A DNA stretch of 63,998 bases, counting the filler, from Reticulomyxa filosa (lineage: Eukaryota > Protista > Foraminifera): assembly GCA_000512085.1 (NCBI GenBank). It is 17 parts of 17 records of this genome, joined end to end, with 100 filler letters (N's around TTAATTAATTAA, not from the genome) between each part and the next. Parts side by side here need not be neighbours in the genome. Positions count along the whole stretch, not along the records: positions 62,662 to 63,998 come from ASPP01017388.1; 16 more parts are not named here. One strand, 5' to 3'. The position numbers were made by a program, and so were the translations under genes. Positions 62,662-63,998 of this stretch are shown here, one piece after another. Within the stretch, counting starts at the first letter, position 1. Every line of letters starts with the position of its first letter. The notes below the pieces were generated by a model. The model did no database searches, was not told where the DNA came from, and saw only the letters and a list, made by a program, of their open reading frames with translations.

Positions 62662-63432
62662 TAAAAATATAAAATCATAAAGATACACAAATGAATAAGC
62701 ATTGAAATCATTCAAGACAGGACAAATTGGTAATTTTTTGTAATGAAATGTTTTGTTTTTTTCATCATATTTTATTAATAATCCTGTGTTTCGACAAAAC
62801 AATATGAAACGATTGATCAATTTTTCATTATTCATTGTCAATGGCACAAAACAATGAGAAAAAATTTCAAATTTATGGTCTTCTTTTGGAATAATATTAT
62901 TTTTGATTCCATTCAATGGTTTCATTGTTTTTAAATCAATTACTTGAATGTTTTTTGGAAAATGTGTAATAAACAATAAATCATTATTTATTCCACCAAT
63001 CAATCCACGCACTCCTTCTAAATCATCTTCTAATTTTCCAATGCTGGTGTCTTGATTATGTCTTATCCAAGTATTAAAAGATTGAGAAATGGAATCATGT
63101 TCACTAATTTCCCATACACTTTTATATTTCATTGAAAATGTTTGTTTCATTATGTATTTACCTTGTCCTCCAAATGATAATAAATAAATTTCATTGGAAT
63201 TGTCTTGTGAATGAATCAATTGTACAACACAATGTACTTCCATTTGAACATCACTAGGATAAGAGCAAATGTATTTGTATTGTTTTTTCAGAGTATGATA
63301 CGAGTAACAGTCGTTAAGTTGACAACCTCCACAAATAAGGATTTCATCCTTGAACAAAATACATTGTGGAGTTGTGAATGCCTTGGGTAATTCAGGCAAA
63401 GTTTGAAAGATGTTGTTGATTTGAGCAGACAT
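62662..63432 (-). CDS. Kelch-type beta-propeller protein (same family as 10688), 5' part
   Basis: FQTLPELP..PQCILFKDEILICGG...CYSYHTLKKQYK...LLSFGG...MKYKSVW...GVRGLIGGINNDLLFIT aligns with ORF 10688. Confidence 0.85.
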
Positions 63433-63544
63433 GTTAGATGTACTTTTTTAAAAATGTCCTAACAACCCCTTTTTTTTAGAACGAACATTTGATACGACAA
63501 ATTGACAATCCGCTTAGAAACGATTGAATGTTTTCATTTTAAAA

Positions 63545-63998
63545 AAATTTGTTATCAATTATGTTAGTTTATTTATTCTTTCTTTTCTTAAATGCAAATC
63601 AAAACATTACAATATTATTTAACATAGGTGTATACCATCTTCGCATTTTGTTCATTATCCAAATTAATCAAAACATTTACTGGACATACTAGTTGTGTGT
63701 GTGGAGTATTGATTATTCAACATTTAATGATTGTCAATTCATTGTTCTGGATCATCTGATGGAACAGTTTGTGTATGGGATGTTGATAACAATAAACAAA
63801 TTCAATGGACATTCAAATCCTGTGCTTTGTGTGAAATTTTCATATTATTATTGAAATGTCATTTGTTCTTCTTCAAGTGACTGTACTATTCGTTTTTGGG
63901 ATTTCAAACATAATAAGCAATTAAAAATATTCAATAAACACACTGGTAGCGTTTGTGAAATTGAATTTTCACCATTTCATTGTGGTAAATATTTGTGT
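63545..63998 (+). pseudogene. Frameshifted WD40-repeat gene
   Basis: KLIKTFTGHTSCVWSIDYS / SGSSDGTVCVWD / GHSNPVLCVKFSYYY* / SSSSDCTIRFWD, with frameshifts and a stop. Confidence 0.8.

Noticed and set aside
1-63998. Prokaryotic operon, defence island, rRNA or tRNA genes
   Set aside because: Spliceosomal introns and eukaryote-specific genes throughout; no structured RNA gene recognised by eye (tRNAscan-SE/Infernal not run)

Overview
This is AT-rich eukaryotic DNA, not a prokaryotic locus. It consists of 17 separate contigs joined by 16 identical artificial spacers (44 N + TTAATTAATTAA + 44 N), so adjacency across a spacer has no biological meaning. Short GT-AG introns, large Kelch/WD40/TPR/HEAT families and many pseudogenes resemble the foraminiferan Reticulomyxa filosa; this identification is inferred from memory, not from a search. 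Recognisable genes are: an RNF213/mysterin-like AAA+ fragment, a PH-FYVE protein, V-ATPase subunit D, a ferric reductase/NOX-family protein, an intronless bacterial-type SAM methyltransferase, a Kelch-WD40 fusion, several 7TM proteins including a cAMP-receptor-like GPCR, an EGF membrane protein, a HEAT+ankyrin protein, an RWD-PARP6/8-like ADP-ribosyltransferase, RETSAT-like and Vps62-like proteins, a TH1-like protein, proteasome Rpt2, an LRR protein, IscU, an ABC1 kinase, a large TPR protein, a mitochondrial carrier and a C2H2 zinc-finger protein. Pseudogenes include calcineurin A, CAP-Gly, TPR and WD40 copies. The most notable observations are: (1) introns with inverted polarity, U-rich near the donor and poly-A before the acceptor AG; (2) a recurring phase 0-0 'WI...GWIxDFD' mini-exon linked to beta-propeller genes; (3) an 842-bp TA-flanked MITE; (4) a candidate horizontally transferred methyltransferase; (5) an RWD-PARP fusion with a non-Glu triad; (6) a Gln-rich relic whose stops are all TAA/TAG.
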